Position numbers and translations under genes: made by a program. Shown piece by piece: positions 43,108 through 57,911 of a stretch of 64,000 nt of DNA. How positions within the stretch are numbered: the stretch's first letter is position 1; every line of letters begins with the position of its first letter. Source of the DNA: the human T2T-CHM13v2.0 reference genome, Homo sapiens; NCBI RefSeq assembly GCF_009914755.1, contig NC_060926.1; one strand, given 5' to 3'. The notes beneath the pieces were generated by a model. It worked only from the letters and a program-made list of their open reading frames with translations. It was not told where the DNA came from and searched no databases.

Positions 43108-46100
43108 TCACTAGTCATTAGGAAAATGCAAATCAAAGTCACAATGAAATACCACTTCACACACATTAGGATGGCTGGTATTAAAAAAAAAGAAAAATAA
43201 CAAGGGTTGGTGGGGACGTGGAGAAACTGGTACCCTTGTTTGTTGCTGTTGGGAATATAAAATGGCAGTCATTGTTGAAAACAGTATAGTAGTCCCTCAG
43301 AAAGTTAAACGCAGAATTACCATATGATTCAGCAATTCCACTTCTAGGCATATACTCAAAAGAATTGAAAGCAGTGACCCAAACAGATACTTGTACGTCA
43401 ATGTTCATGTAACATTATTTACAGTAACCAAAAGGTGGAAAGAACCCACATGTCCATCAACAAATAAATGAATAAACAAAATATGGTATGCGCATGCAAT
43501 AGAATATTATTCAGCCTTAAAAAGGAGTAAAGTTCTGATGTGTGTTACAACATGGATGAACTTTGGAAACATGCTAAGTGAAGTAAGCCAGATTCAAAAG
43601 GATAAATAGTATATGATTCTACTCATGTGGCATGCTTAGGTTTAGCAAATTCATAAGGACAGAAAGTAAAATAGAGGTTCCCAGGGCCGGGGCCAGGGGA
43701 AATTGGGAGTTATTGCTTAATGGGCACAGAGCTTCTGCTTGGGAAGATGAAAAGTTCATCTTTCATGAAATGGATAGTGGTGATGTTTGCACAACATGTG
43801 AATGCATTTAATGCAACTGAACTGTACACTTAAAAATGGTTGAAATGGTAACTTTTATGTTATGTATATTTTACCATAATAAAAATTATTTTAAAACTAA
43901 TATGTATAAGTATTTTAATTTCAGTAAACACAGCACAGAGCTACCTTAATCGACCTTGACTTTTCAACTCATACGTATTAGTATTTCAATTTCAGTAAAC
44001 AAAGTTACCTCAATCTTTTAAAAATAATGTTTACAATTTTATAATGGAAATTTAAAACATATTAAGAAAGGAAATAGTATAATAAATTCCCACCTGTCTT
44101 CCAGGTTTAGCACTTATCAACACGTGGTCAATCTTGTGTCTTCTATTCTTCTCATCCACGTCGTTTCCTCACTACCTCATTTTTTTTGAAACCCATTCCA
44201 GACATCATAATATTTAAATTATAAATGTTTAAGTATGATTTCCATAGGACTCTTTTCTGAAAAACATAACCACAAACCACTATCACATCTAAAATATTTA
44301 ACACTTTGTTAATATTATCAAAGATCCAGCTAGTGTTGATCTGATTGCCTGATTCAAAAGGATCAGGCAATATATAAAAAATATATAATATTTTTTAATA
44401 GTTGGTTTGTTGAAATTAAAGATCTGAACAAGTCTATAAATTATAATGAGTCATATGTCGTTTAAGTCTCTTTTAATCTATAGATTCTCCCTTCCTCTTC
44501 TTTCAAATTGATTAGTTGAACAAACTAGATTTTTTGTCATGCAGTTTCCCACATTTTGGATTTTGCTAATTTTATCCTCATGGTATTACTAAACATGTTC
44601 ATCTGAACCCTATATACCCTCTAAACTGGGAGTTAGAGCTACAGGCTTGGTCTGATTTGGATTTTTGCTTTCTTCAAATAGCATTCACAGGTGATGTTGT
44701 GTACTTCCTATGTGCACCATTTAGGAGACACATAACATCTGATTGTCTTTTTTGTGATGTTGTAATTAATCAGTGAGGTCAGCCTGATTTATTATAATTC
44801 CCTGTCAGCTTTTCACTTAGTGATTTTAGTGGCCATTAATGATTACTACCTAGATCCATTATTTCATCAGAATTGAAAAACGACAATATTCTTTTCCTAT
44901 CATTTCTTCTTCGTCTATTAGCTGGAATTATCTTGCAAAGAAGAGCTTTCCTTTATCAACGATTTTTGTTACCCGATAATACAATTAGAACCAAAAAGCC
45001 AGAATTAAATTGTTGAGTTTTTCCTTTTATTTACTAGTTTTCAGAATAATGAGCCATATATAATTTTAAACCATCAAGTAATTAGTGTAGGGTGATTATC
45101 TCATAGAGTAAGAGTGGATGACGTGTCCCTAAGGGAATTTGGATGATTTTCTGTCTTTGAAAGAAACCTGGACTAGGTAATCTCTATGGTTCCTTTGAGC
45201 TCTTGAAGTTCATAATTTTTCTTGCTCATGAAAACCATTTATGTTTTAATTCTCAATTTTCAAAAAGAATTAGTTGATATATTTCAATGTTATTTAGAGA
45301 GCAGACATTCATTTAACATTTAACAGATATTATTTGCTAAAGAATTTGCAAAAATTTTGTGTGTTTTCTCAAAGTTCTGGATAGTTAGCTAATTTTTTTC
45401 AGGGGCTACTTCACTACCTTTTACATTTCTTTATGTACATTTTAAACGTAGGTTTTTAAACTTAAAATTTTAAACCATGAAAAGTTGCAAGTATGCTGAG
45501 AATTCCTATTTATTTTTTATGCAGATTCAATAAATTTTGCCATTTTCCATAATTTTTAATACTCTCTCTGACTGTGTGCATGCATGCACACACACACGTA
45601 TGGTATTAACTGTATACATAAACATCTATGTGTCTATCATCTATACACATTTGCACAAAGACATTTTATAGATATTTTAATTACTTTTCTAAGCCATTGG
45701 AAAGTAGGTTGCCTGCATTATGCCCCTTAATATTTCTGTGCATATTTTCTCAAAACAAGAAGGTTCTCTTACATAGCCACAGTATAGTTATCAAATTCAG
45801 GAAATTTAACATTGATATAAAACTTTTACCTAGTCTGCAGTTCATAGTCCAATTTCATCAATTGTTCCAGTAAGGTTCTTTATAGAATTTTTCCCCTCTA
45901 ATGTGGGCCCAGCCACATTGACATTTTTGAAGAATACAGGTCAACTGCATACTTTTTCCTGGCTATGATCATATATATTTCCCAGTTATTAGTTGTAAAT
46001 AATAGAAATTGCCTGTGGCTGATTTAAGTAGGAAAGGGATTTATTGAAAAGGTATTGAGGACCTCCTAGAATTTTAATATATCAGTATATCTCAATAAAT

Positions 46101-47671
46101 ATTTTTTACAAACAATAATAAATTATATTTATTGAGCACTTACAATGTGCTGCACACTGATCATATTACGTTATTGCCTTATCCAGTAAATAACCCTACG
46201 AGGTAAATTTCCTTTCCAATACTCCTGAATTTATTTTAGAAATGAGACAACTATAGATTAGGAAAGTAAAATGAATTTCCCAAGGCCACACAGCTAGTAA
46301 GGTGCTGAGCCAGTGTTCAAAGTCAAGTTTTGTCTGACACTAAACTCCATTCTTTTTCTACTCCATATTTTAATGGCAGCATAACTTGAAAACATTTCTG
46401 AAAGACATTTGCTAGAAAATAAATGATCTGTGGTAGACTGAAACATTAAATGTTGCTTCAGTTGATATTATGAGAGATGTATATTGTAAAACATACACGC
46501 GTTTTAGCTTTTCTCCATCTTTAAAATCACTTCACAGACATGACCGAATGCTAGAGGAGCTGGCGAGAAAATCCTCAGCGTGCACATCAAATTGTACCCA
46601 CTTGGGGGCACCCACAATGCAGCTTTTCTGCCTGTTCTGCCTAGAAGCTTCGAGCCCTGCAGAGGTGGATTGAGCCAGCTGCTCTACAGGACTCGGACAG
46701 CCCGATCTGATATCTCAAGAAATAGTGCCCTATATCTCCAAGTTTAGGGGATATTTTACTTAGTTTGTTGCCCACATGATAAACTATTTTCTGCAGTTTA
46801 AAACATCAATAATTAATACAATTGCTACAGGCCAAACGTGCTAGATATATGTTAGGATTTAATGACCAAGAACTAAAAATAATTTGCTGACTTAAAATGA
46901 TACGTTTGTCCAGAGGATTTTTTTTGGATTTACGCTATGCCAAAATTAGGAACATAATGATTAACCAATAGGGGTAAAAAATGTGCTGTAAAATCAAGCT
47001 AAGTGTTTTAAAATAGTTTTGCATTGTGGTCTCACCTGAAACATGCTCTTTGGTAGGGACATGTGTTGGCGATCTCCAGTGCTGCTGCTGATGTAATCTC
47101 CAGGCCAGCCATTTGGTCTTTAGCTCTATTTGATAGTAGAGATCCTCCTGATATATACAAATGTCTAAGATGCCACTGAACCCAGATGTAGTTGCTGTGG
47201 CTTTGCCTAGAGAGGGGTTATTATTCCAGAGCATAAGGAGAGAAGATACAGCAAACAAGATTGTACTGGATGGGGCTATCACAGTCTTTCATATCCACCA
47301 CTGCTGCTAAAGAGGCAGTTGAAGGTGGCCATATTTTAAACCATATAAATCCACCTTTAATATGGCTGCTTAGACCAGAGGGAGCCAAAGTATGATGGGA
47401 GAGCAGCTCATGGGGTGATTTAGCTTAAAAAACTGTTCAAAGAGGAACAAGTTGGACCAATTATATGCTTACCTATGAGAATCTGATTCGGGATACAGAA
47501 TATGAGGGGACTCATAGTAGAAACTGATATGAAATAATGTATAGTGGGGGTATAATGTAGAATAGAGGCCAAGAGCACAGCCAGATTATGAGGAAACTAA
47601 GCCTTGCAGAAGGTGAGACAATAACTAAGCTTAAGCTACTAGAAAAAGAAAAGATGAAGAGGAATTCAGTC

Positions 47672-47747
47672 TTTTTTTTTTCTTTTTCTTTTTATTATAC
47701 TTTAAGTTTTAGGGTACATGTGCACATTGTGCAGGTTAGTTACATAC
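47672..47747 (-). mobile_element. About 75-bp L1PA extreme 3' end
   Basis: T-tract followed by tattatactttaagttttagggtacatgtgcac. Confidence 0.85.
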
Positions 47748-50469
47748 GGTTTAGCTAGAAGATATGTGAAGAGAAGCAGGGACAAGAGGAGGCTGAGCAG
47801 TGTTTCTGGTGGAGCTCTTGAGGGAAGGCTCACAGTTCTTGCTCCTGAGGGTTCTTGGTACAGTCCCAGTTTCTGTTCCATTTCTGGTCCCTGCTCATTG
47901 ATCACCATGAGATCCTGGCTTCCATCTTAAGTCTTGCAATAAACAGCCATTACTTGTGGAAACTTGAGTGAATATCTGTCCCTTACCAACAAAAGTAACT
48001 AACTAGAGTAGGAGAATATGAGAGAATAATATTCCTGTTTCCTGTTTTCGAAGTCCTTTTAAACAATTGTGGTAAAATATGTATGACATAAAATTTTCCA
48101 TTTTTACCATTTTTAAGTATACAGTTCAGTGGCATTAAGTATAATCACATTGTTGTGCCACCATCACCACCATCCATCTCCATAACTTTTTCATCATCCC
48201 AAACTGAAATTCTGTATCCATTAGACAGTAAGTCTTCACTCCTTACAGTACCTGCTTACCATTATTCTACTTTTGATCTTTATGAAATTGCTCAGAGTCC
48301 TTTTTGAATGAATAATATAGATATTGAATAGCTAAGATTTATTTATGCAGCAAGCCTGTAAGTGACAAAGCCACTGTCCAGAGTTTTTGGGGAGCTGGAG
48401 TTATCACAAATAGCCTGGAAAGTGTAGGCTATTTATCATGTGTAGTCAGGCAACTGCAGAAGCATGCCTCACAACTTCCTTGGACTTCGCCGGTACCCTG
48501 TTCTGTTCATCTGTTAGAATGGCTGAATGACTCATCTTACAACAATAATGAAAAAAAAAAAGAGTGGTTGAATGTCCATTCCTTCAGTAGATCCATCATC
48601 ACAGAGTCAGGGGAGATGGAGATAAGGGAAATGAAGTTATGGGCTAGCAGTAGGTCCACCAATGCAATAATTAAATGTAGTCAGTGTTAATAAGAACAGC
48701 GACCATTTAATCATGACTTACCACGTGCTTTTTTATATTAACTTATTTAATTTTCATAACATCCTCAAACAACTGAAAATAGAACTACCATATGATCCAT
48801 CAATCTCACTGCTGGGTATATATACAAAAGAAAGGAAATCAGTATATCTAAAAGATATCTGCACTCCTATGTTTATTGCAGCACTATTCATAGTAGCCAA
48901 GATATGGAGTCAACCCAAGTGTCCATCAATGGATTAATGAAGAAAATATGGTATATATGATGGAATATTATGAAGCCATAAAAAGAATAAAGTCCTGTCA
49001 TTTGCAACAACACAGATGGAACTGGAAGGAATAAGTTTTAGTGTTCGCTAGCACAGTAGGGCAACTATAGTTAAGAATTTATTGTATATTTCAAAACAGC
49101 TGGAAGAGAAGATTTGAAATGTTCCCAACACAAATAAATGATAAATGATGGGGTGATGGATATCACAATTGCTCTGATTTGATCATTACATGCTGTATAT
49201 ATGTATCAAAATATCACATGTACCCCATATGTATAACTATTACATATCAATAAAAGATAAATTACAAAAATTTTCCTTTTTAAAAAATATTACTTTTTTT
49301 TTGTATTTTTTGTAGAGACAGGGTTTTGCCATGTTGCCCAGGCTGGTCTTGAACTCCTGAGCTCAAGCAATTCACCCACCTCAGCCTCCCAAAGTGCTGG
49401 GATTACAAGCATGAGCCACTATACCTGGCCAACAAAACATTTCTTAATCTTATGAGACAGGTACTATTATTTCTGCATTTTGTAGTTAGGTAAATTAAAG
49501 TACAACATGATTAAATTACTTGCTCAAGGTCACATAGCTGGTAAGTGACATAACTGAGTGACTTCTACTGTAGGAAGCTAATTCCAGTCACTTAACTTCT
49601 CACCTCATTGTTTCTTATCAGCATCAAGCTGAACCTTAGCAGTGTCAAAAGTACAATAAAGGACCATCATTGTCATGTTAAAATAGATTTGTTGATGAAA
49701 ACCTGAAAGGAAACAGGTATTTATTTGTTCCATTTCATTTTTCATAAAACTATGTTAACATTTCATTTGTGTATCTGCATTTTCATCGTTTCAGACCTTC
49801 CCAACAGTGAATTTGGTGTGTGAGTTTTTGATCTCTTGCCCTCAAAGCAGACAGGTGGTCAGCCACCTGTCCCATTCACTCCAGTGGATTGTGCGAATAT
49901 TATCATTTCTATATGTGTTTTGATGTGAAATCAGTTGGGAAAACCTAGCAAATTAGTTGATGTATCAAGTTTTCCTCCTCTTGTCTTCTTATTAAAATAC
50001 TTATGAATACCAAATATGCAGGGTAACCTTGCGGCTTAAAGAGCCTTTTTTTTTTTTTTCTCAACTGAGATTGTTCGAAGTTTAAATATTTTGATATCAG
50101 GTCTCTCCCTCACTGGGAAGAAGATACAAGGAGCAGGATACCAGTAGAATAGGGGTTTAGGATATTACATCAGAAGGTGTCCAGTTCAATGAGATAAAAA
50201 AAGCACACTGAAATCAGAAGCAAAGTTAAATATAGTACTGTGAGAAAAGGTAAGCTTGAAGGTAAGTGACCCACAGAGGAGCTTTGCTGAAAGCCAGATT
50301 TTACATAAACTTTATTATATCTCAGGGCTCAAAATAAAATGATCCATCAATCAAAGAATTATTTAAGCAAAGATCTATACATATTCTCTTTCAATATAGA
50401 CTTATCTGCATTTAGGAAGGTCTGAAGCATTTCTCCTCAAAGCTTGTGCTAGGTATTCTGATGAGCTAG

Positions 50470-50836
50470 AATGGTGCTTCTCAAACACTGCTGCACATTA
50501 GAGTCAACTGTGGACATGTAACAATTCTTGATGTCTAGGCTGCACCATATACCAATTAAATTGAAATCTCTGGACTTGACGCATAAGCATCAGTATTTTA
50601 AAAAAATTCTCAAATAATGCAAATGTTTGGGAACCAGTCGTTTAGTGCAGTGGTTCTCAAACTTTAGCTGCATTAGAATCAGCAGCTGGGCTTGTTAAAC
50701 CACGTGTTGCTGGGCCCCACCCCAAGAGTTTCTGATTCAGTAGGTTAAAGGTAGGGCCTGAGAATTTGTGTTTCTAGTGATTTCCTACATGGTGCTGGTG
50801 CTGCTGGTCCAGGGAACCACAGTTTGAGAACCACTG
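50470..50836. mobile_element. Two adjacent MER5-type hAT MITEs (another at ~19880-20050)
   Basis: cagtggttctcaaa ... tttgagaaccactg terminal inverted repeats. Confidence 0.8.
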
Positions 50837-51493
50837 ATTTCGAGAACTATTTACTTATTCATTAATGCCATTTGAAGACATGAAAGTCAGAAATTTTTGC
50901 TGGGCAGCCTAAGTAGATGCAACATCTTTGGAAAGGAGTCTAACCACAGTTGTGAACTCATTGCACACACTGATTCTCTGGCAGGGTTACATTCAGGCCC
51001 ATCTGTTAGGCTGGCAGCATGCCCACAGAGAATGTGCTATGCCAATTTCAGCAGGGCATAGGTGCTAACCAAACACGGTTTTAGAAGGGTGGCTTTCATC
51101 ACACAGCAAGCGCCATTTCTTGGGCCAGGCAATCCTGCTGTTTGCAAACAGCTCCAGTCTGAGGGCACATGCTTTCTTACATCTGTACATGCTTGAGGAC
51201 ATGATTAAAAAATAAATAATCAACAAATGGTTGATTATATTTCTCCCTCAATCTGCCTTAGTGTTGTAATTTGGCCTGTAGAGAGGCAGTCTCTCTTCAG
51301 TAAGCTGGAAGCCATTCTAAAGGACCATAGAGTACAAATGTAATGCTTTAAAACTGCAAGGTTTGGATCAGCTACATTTGTTCCTTTGAAAATATCATTA
51401 TCATTTTTTGCTGTATTTTTATTTAGCCTTTTACTCTGTTCATGAGCTAGATTTATTCCCCATTTATCATCAGTATTCTGAGGTCTTCACTAA

Positions 51494-51655
<162 letters not shown>

Positions 51656-51849
51656 TAATTAAAAAAATTTTTTTTTGTTTTTGGTAGAAACAGAGTCTTC
51701 CTGGGTTGCCCAGGCTGGTCTTGAACTCCTAGACTCAAGTGATCCTCCTGCCTCAGCCTCCTAAAGTGCTGGGCTTGTAGGCTTGAGCCACTGTGCTCAG
51801 CCTAATTTGATTTTTAAAAAACTTATATATATATACATATTTTAAAGTA

Positions 51850-54670
51850 GATTTAATTTTTTAGGGTAGTTTTAGGTTCATAGAAAAATTGAGTGAAAGG
51901 TACAGAGATTTCCCATGTACCCCCTGCCCTTCCCACATGTATAACTTCCTGTATTTTTATACTCCCTGCCCCTTATAGTACTACGTTTGTTACAACTGAT
52001 GGACTTGCATTGACCCACCATTATCACCCAAAGTCCATAGTTTACATGAGGGTTCACTCTTGGTTAGGTTTGGACAATTGTGTAATGGCATGTATCCACC
52101 ATTATAGTATCATACAGAATAGTTTCACTGTCCTAAAAATTCTCTGTGTTTTGCCTTCTCATCCCTCTTTCCTCCTTAACTCCTGGCAACCACTGATTTT
52201 TCTACTGCCTACATGGTTTTGCCTTTTCCAGAATATCATACAGTTGGAATCATATAGTAGGTAGCCTTTTCAGATGGTTTGCATTTAGTAATGTACATTT
52301 AATGTTTCTGCATGTCTTTTTATGCTTTGATAGCTCATTTTTTTTTTAGAATTGAATAATATCCCATGTCTAGATGTATCACATTTTATTGTCCATTCAC
52401 CTACTGAAGGACTTCTTGGTTGCTTCCAACTTTTAGCAATTATTAATAAAGCTGCTATAAATATCCATATGCACATTTTTGTGTGGCCCTAAGTTTTCAA
52501 CTCTGTTGGGTAAACATCAAGGAATGAAATTGCTGGATCTTGTGGTAAGAGTATGTTTAGTTTTGTAAGAACTCTCAAACTGTCTTTCAATGTGGCAGTA
52601 CTATTTTGCATTCCTGCCAGCAGTGGATAAGAGTTCCTGTTGCTCCACATTGTCACCACGATTTGATATTTTCAGTGTTCTGGATTTATATATATATATA
52701 TATTATATATAATATATACTTTTGCATATGTTATATATACTTTTACTATATATACAAAATAATTTTAAAAGTCATCTATATGTATAAATCATATACATAT
52801 AGATGACTTTTAAAACTATTTTTTATTTGTTGCTCTTGTTCTTTGTTCCTATTTTTGCTTTCTACTCTTTATGTGCCTTTTGTAGTTTTAAGTAAGCACT
52901 ACATATAATTCAATTTCTTAGCATATCAGTTGTACTTTTCTTTTTAATTTTTAAAGTGGTTGCCATAGAGTTAGCGATATACGTTTACAAGTAATCCAAG
53001 TCCACTTTCAAGTCACATTCTACCATTTCACAGGTAGCATAGGTACCTTACAATAACAAAATAATCCTAATTCATCTCCCCTGTATCATTGCTGTCCATT
53101 TATTTTACTTATATATAAGTATATATAAGCATATGTGTACATAAGCATATTTAACCATATGTATACGCATACATAATTGAAAATATCGTTGGTGTTATTT
53201 GGAACCAATGAAAGGCATAACATATGTATGATGAAAATACCAGAGTATAAATAGAGTAAGAAACAAAATATTTAAAATAATAATGACTGAGAATTTTCCT
53301 AAATTAATGTTAGACAACAAACTACATATGTTTGTTATTTGAAACAAACTGTTATCTGAAAACCAACTAAGAAGAAGAAAAATAACAGTTTCTATTTAAT
53401 CTTCACCTATTCCTTCTCTGATACTCTTCCTTTCTTTATGTAGATTCACATTTCTGACTTATATCATTTTCTTTCTCTCTAAAGAACTTCTTTTAACATT
53501 TCTTGCAACGCAGGTCTACTGACAACAAATTCTCTCAATTTTTGTTTGTCTGAGAAAATTTTCATTTCTCCTTCACTTTTGAAGGATAATTTCACATGGT
53601 ATTCTGGGTTGGTAAGTTTTTTTCTCAACAGTTTAAATATTTCACTCCACTCTTTTCTTGCTTGTATGGTTTCTGAGGAGAAGTCAGGTGTAATTCTTAT
53701 CTTTGCTCCTCTAAAGATAAGGTGTTTTCTTCCCTCTGTTTTTTTTCAGGACTTCAACTTTGATTTTCTGTAGCTTTTAAATGACAGCCCAGGTGTGGTT
53801 TTTTCAGCATTTATTCTGGTTGGCATTTTCTGAGCTTCTTTAATCTGTAGTTTGTTGTCTAACATTAATTTAGGAAAATTCTCAGTCATTATTATTTTAA
53901 ATATTTTGTTTCTTACTGTCTTTATTTATACTCTGGTATTTTCATCATATATATGTTATGCCTTTTCTAGTTGTCCACAGTTCTTAGAGATATCCTGTTC
54001 TGTTTTTTAAATTTCCAGTCTCTTTTTGCTTGCTTCTCAGTTTTAGATGTTCCTATTAAGATAGCCTCAAGCTCAGAGATTCTTTCCTCAGTGGTGTCCA
54101 GTCTACTAATAAACCCATTTAAGGTATTTTTAATTTCTGTTACAATGTTTTTATTTCTAGCATTTCTTTTTGGTTCTTTCTTAGAATTTCCACCTCTCTA
54201 CTTACATTGCCCAACTATTCTTGCACACTGCCTACCTCTTCCATAAGAACCTTTAGCATATTAATCATAATTGTTTTAAATTTCTGGTCGAATAATTTCA
54301 ACATTCCTGTCATATTGGAGCCTGGTTTTGCTGCTTGCTTTGTTTCTTCGAACTGTGTTTTTTCCTTTTAGTATACGTTATAAGTTTTTGTTGTTAGCTG
54401 CACTTGATGTGCTGAGTGACAGTAGCCTAGTACTAGTCCCTACAGAGGTTGCTACTCAGAAGTTTCTGCCTCTGGTAAGTTATGATTCTCTGTATTTGCC
54501 TGTTGCTCTCTCCAATTTTGGAGGCAGTGGTTTGTCCTGTGGCCTTACTTCTCTTACAGATCTAGAACAGTTGTTGATTTTTCAGTTTGTTCAGATTTTT
54601 ACTTGTTCTTAGGACACAGTGGCAACTTTCAAGCTTTTTACATGCTGGACTGAAAACCAGGAGTCTGATC
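51850..54670 (-). mobile_element. Old antisense L1M pieces: 3' end (~51850-52690) and more 5' region (~52820-54670)
   Basis: L1M 3'UTR motifs and T-rich antisense L1 sequence. Confidence 0.75.
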
Positions 54671-55483
54671 TGACTTTTAAAATCCAGAAGAGTCCTGTTA
54701 TAAATTTAGACTGGGGGTAAGAGGGGTTCTGCTACAGAATTCCGATTACATTATAAATCAATGTGTATATTATTTTGTCTTATAATAAAATTTGGAATAT
54801 GAGAAAATCTTTGAATTTTTAAAGATTAAAATATTAATATTTAGATTCAAAATTATTTGAGCTCCTTAAAATAAATAAATAAATATAAAACATACAAAAC
54901 AAGAAATCCATTGATTTATAATAAAAAGTTCATTGATTTATAAGAGTTGCAAAAAATTACTTTCTTTTAAGAAAGCATACTGATTACTCTGGGATTGTGC
55001 ATGGTAAGCTAGGGCTGGAACAATAGATGAGCAAGGAGAAACTGGAAGAAGAGCCAGCCTTCTTCCTTAACTATGGCTTTATTTTATATTGGTATAAGTG
55101 GCATTCAAAGGGGCAATGGAGGTCTGAAGCATTATGTACCCCAAATTCCAGGAAATGAGCCCTGGCTGTTAAAACCTAAAGCAAAACTGAACATAAATTG
55201 TGACTATAGAAAAGAAATCATTTTTATTAATTTTCCTCACTTGGCTGGATGAGAAAAGGAATACTTAAAGTGGATTTAGAAATGATAGAGAATCATTGGG
55301 ATTCTTTATTATCCTATAAAGCCCTTGAAAGTCTAGAAGTCTCCTTCAGAATTTCCATAGGTATCTCCATTGACCATCTCTCCAACTTCTGTACATAAGT
55401 ACTTTATTGAAGGCAAGTTTTGAAGTTAAATTTTAAAAACTCACTTTTTAGAATTTATTTTTTAAAATAAATTCTAAATTTAG

Positions 55484-55850
55484 TGATATAGTTTGGATGT
55501 TTTTTTTCCCTCCATATCTCATGTTGAAATGTGATCCCCAACATTGGAGGTGGGGCCTGGTGGGAGGCATTTGGGCCATGGGGACAGATCCCTTATGAAC
55601 AGCTTTGTGCCCTCCCTATGGTAAAGAGTTTCCATGAAATCTGATTGTTAAAAAGAGTCTGGGACCTCCCCTCTCTCTTATTGCCTCTCTCATCATGTGA
55701 CATGCTTGTTTCCCCATGCCTTTCAACATGAATAAAAGCTTCCTGAGGCCTCATCAGAAGCCAGGCAGATGCTAATGCCATGCTTGTACAGCCTGCAGAA
55801 CTGTGAGCCAAATAAACCTTTCTTTGTAAATTACCCAGCCTGAGATATTA
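55484..55850 (+). mobile_element. MST-type MaLR LTR
   Basis: tgatatagtttggatg ... cagaactgtgagccaaataaacc. Confidence 0.85.
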
Positions 55851-57911
55851 TGAACTATCACAATTAGTAATAATTATTTTTCAAGAAAGATTTTTCATTC
55901 CTTTTTAATTTCAAGGTTGGATTTGTAACTATGCCAAAACAAAATTTGGGGAATTAGTCTATGGGATTATCTGGCATGTACAACATCATTCCTTTGAGAA
56001 AATATTATCCAGGAGCAGAGCACACAGTTTAGAAATAGGCAAAGAGCTTGAGAAGACAATCTTTCCAAAAGTTGAGAACAATCCCACTGAAACTCCTCTG
56101 ATTAAAATGAATAGTTATGAATAATAATACTAACATAACTGAAGGCTAATCAGGTATTTATTTTCCTTTGCAATTTAGAAATGCAAGTCTAAATTTTTTA
56201 AGAATTAGGATTTAACAAGTAGCAAAACATGTACCTTACATATTATGTTATTTTATTTATGTGTGTATGTGTACATGATCGAACCCAGTATTTGTATGAT
56301 TCTACTTGAGAAATATTGTTTTATTATGAAGTTGAGTAAAAAAGATTTTAGTGCTGCTCACTAATGCTCATTCATGTTTCTTTTATACAATTTTGATTCA
56401 CTAATGAAGGAAACAAAAGGGATATCTTTTTATTGCCATTATCATTTTATGGGAGAGGTTATTATTTTAAAAGTATCATATTTAAAGTATATTGCCAAAA
56501 TTTAATTTTCTGGAATGAACTATTGCAGAAGAACTTTAAGACTCATGCTGTAATTTGTTCTCTACATGAGTATCTTTGTTAGTTTTATGTAACATTTTTT
56601 ACTCAGTACTTTTCTCATATCAATAAGACGAACAATTTAATCATAAGAAAGAAGAGTTTCATGAGTAGAAAACTAGATGAAAAGAAGAACACTTTAGGTA
56701 CACTTCTCCTTTTTTTAAAAAATTTTTTTCCTTATCTTTGTTTCTCAGTGTGAATAGGTACACTTTTCATACACTTCTCAGTTGGGATATTATGCAGTTG
56801 ATAGATTAAATTACTATTCCATTGCAATTTAGGGAAATAGTCCCTTAAAACAATTTCTAATTATATGAATAAATCCACCTCCATATAGGGACAGGAGGAA
56901 ATGGAAAAAGCCAAATACAACAAATATCCAAAACATAAATTAAAAACATTTTATGTAGCATTCAAATAAATCTTTTCAAAAGGTGGAAATTACTTGATAG
57001 TAAAAATGCAAAGTCTAAAAGCCAATTAGTGACTTTTCAAAAATGGTTTTACTGAGGTACAATTGAAAAACAATAAATTACACATATGTAAGGGTATAAT
57101 CTGATAGGTTTTGACATATGTATACACTTGAATTCATCACCACCATCGAGAGTAAACATAGCCATCAGCACCAAAAGTTTTCTTATTACCCTTGGCAATC
57201 CCCTCTACTCCCACTGCCCCCAAGCAACTACTGACTTGCTTTCTGTCACTATAGATTAGTTTGTATTTTCTGAAGCTTTATATAAATGAAGTCACACAGC
57301 GTGTATCCATTTTTGTCTGAATTCTCTCACTTGGCATAATTATTTTGAGTTCATCCCTAATTGGTAGCTTTTTATCTCTGATTTCAGATAGTCTCCAGGT
57401 AAAGGGAATTTTTAGTTTTTTTTGAGGACAACATAAAATCTCTCTCACTAGAAGTCCAATCGATTAGAATTGTGAGTTGGAATCTGTAGCAGCCAAGGAA
57501 CTACCAGAAACTTGCCTTTACTTATAATGTCAGACTCCATATCAGTTGGGTTTTGGGTTGTAAACAAAGAAAACATTTTCTGGAACTTATGGAAAGGAGG
57601 AATTTACTGGGAGGATGGGAATTGACTTGTGGGAACAAGAGAAAATGTGAATAACCAGGGCTCTGTAGTCCAATTTTAAACCATATTTGAACCTGAGGCA
57701 AAAGAAAAAATCAGGAACACTGATCCTGTCTTTAAAGTAATGACATTTTGTTCATCATAGATTTTTGCATTAATTTTTATTTTTTAAAATATTGCCTTCA
57801 AATATTATTAACTTGATTATTGAGTTTTTTGGAGCCCTTTTAAATTTTCCATTCCAGGTGAATGCCTCACCTGTCTCATCCCCTCACCCTAATCCTGGCG
57901 CTAGCTCTGCT

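Noticed and set aside
47322-47366. Interleaved 7-8 bp complementary pairs (pseudoknot-like, YY1-like sites)
   Set aside because: Short stems that overlap by one base, probably within an old LTR; no evidence of transcription.
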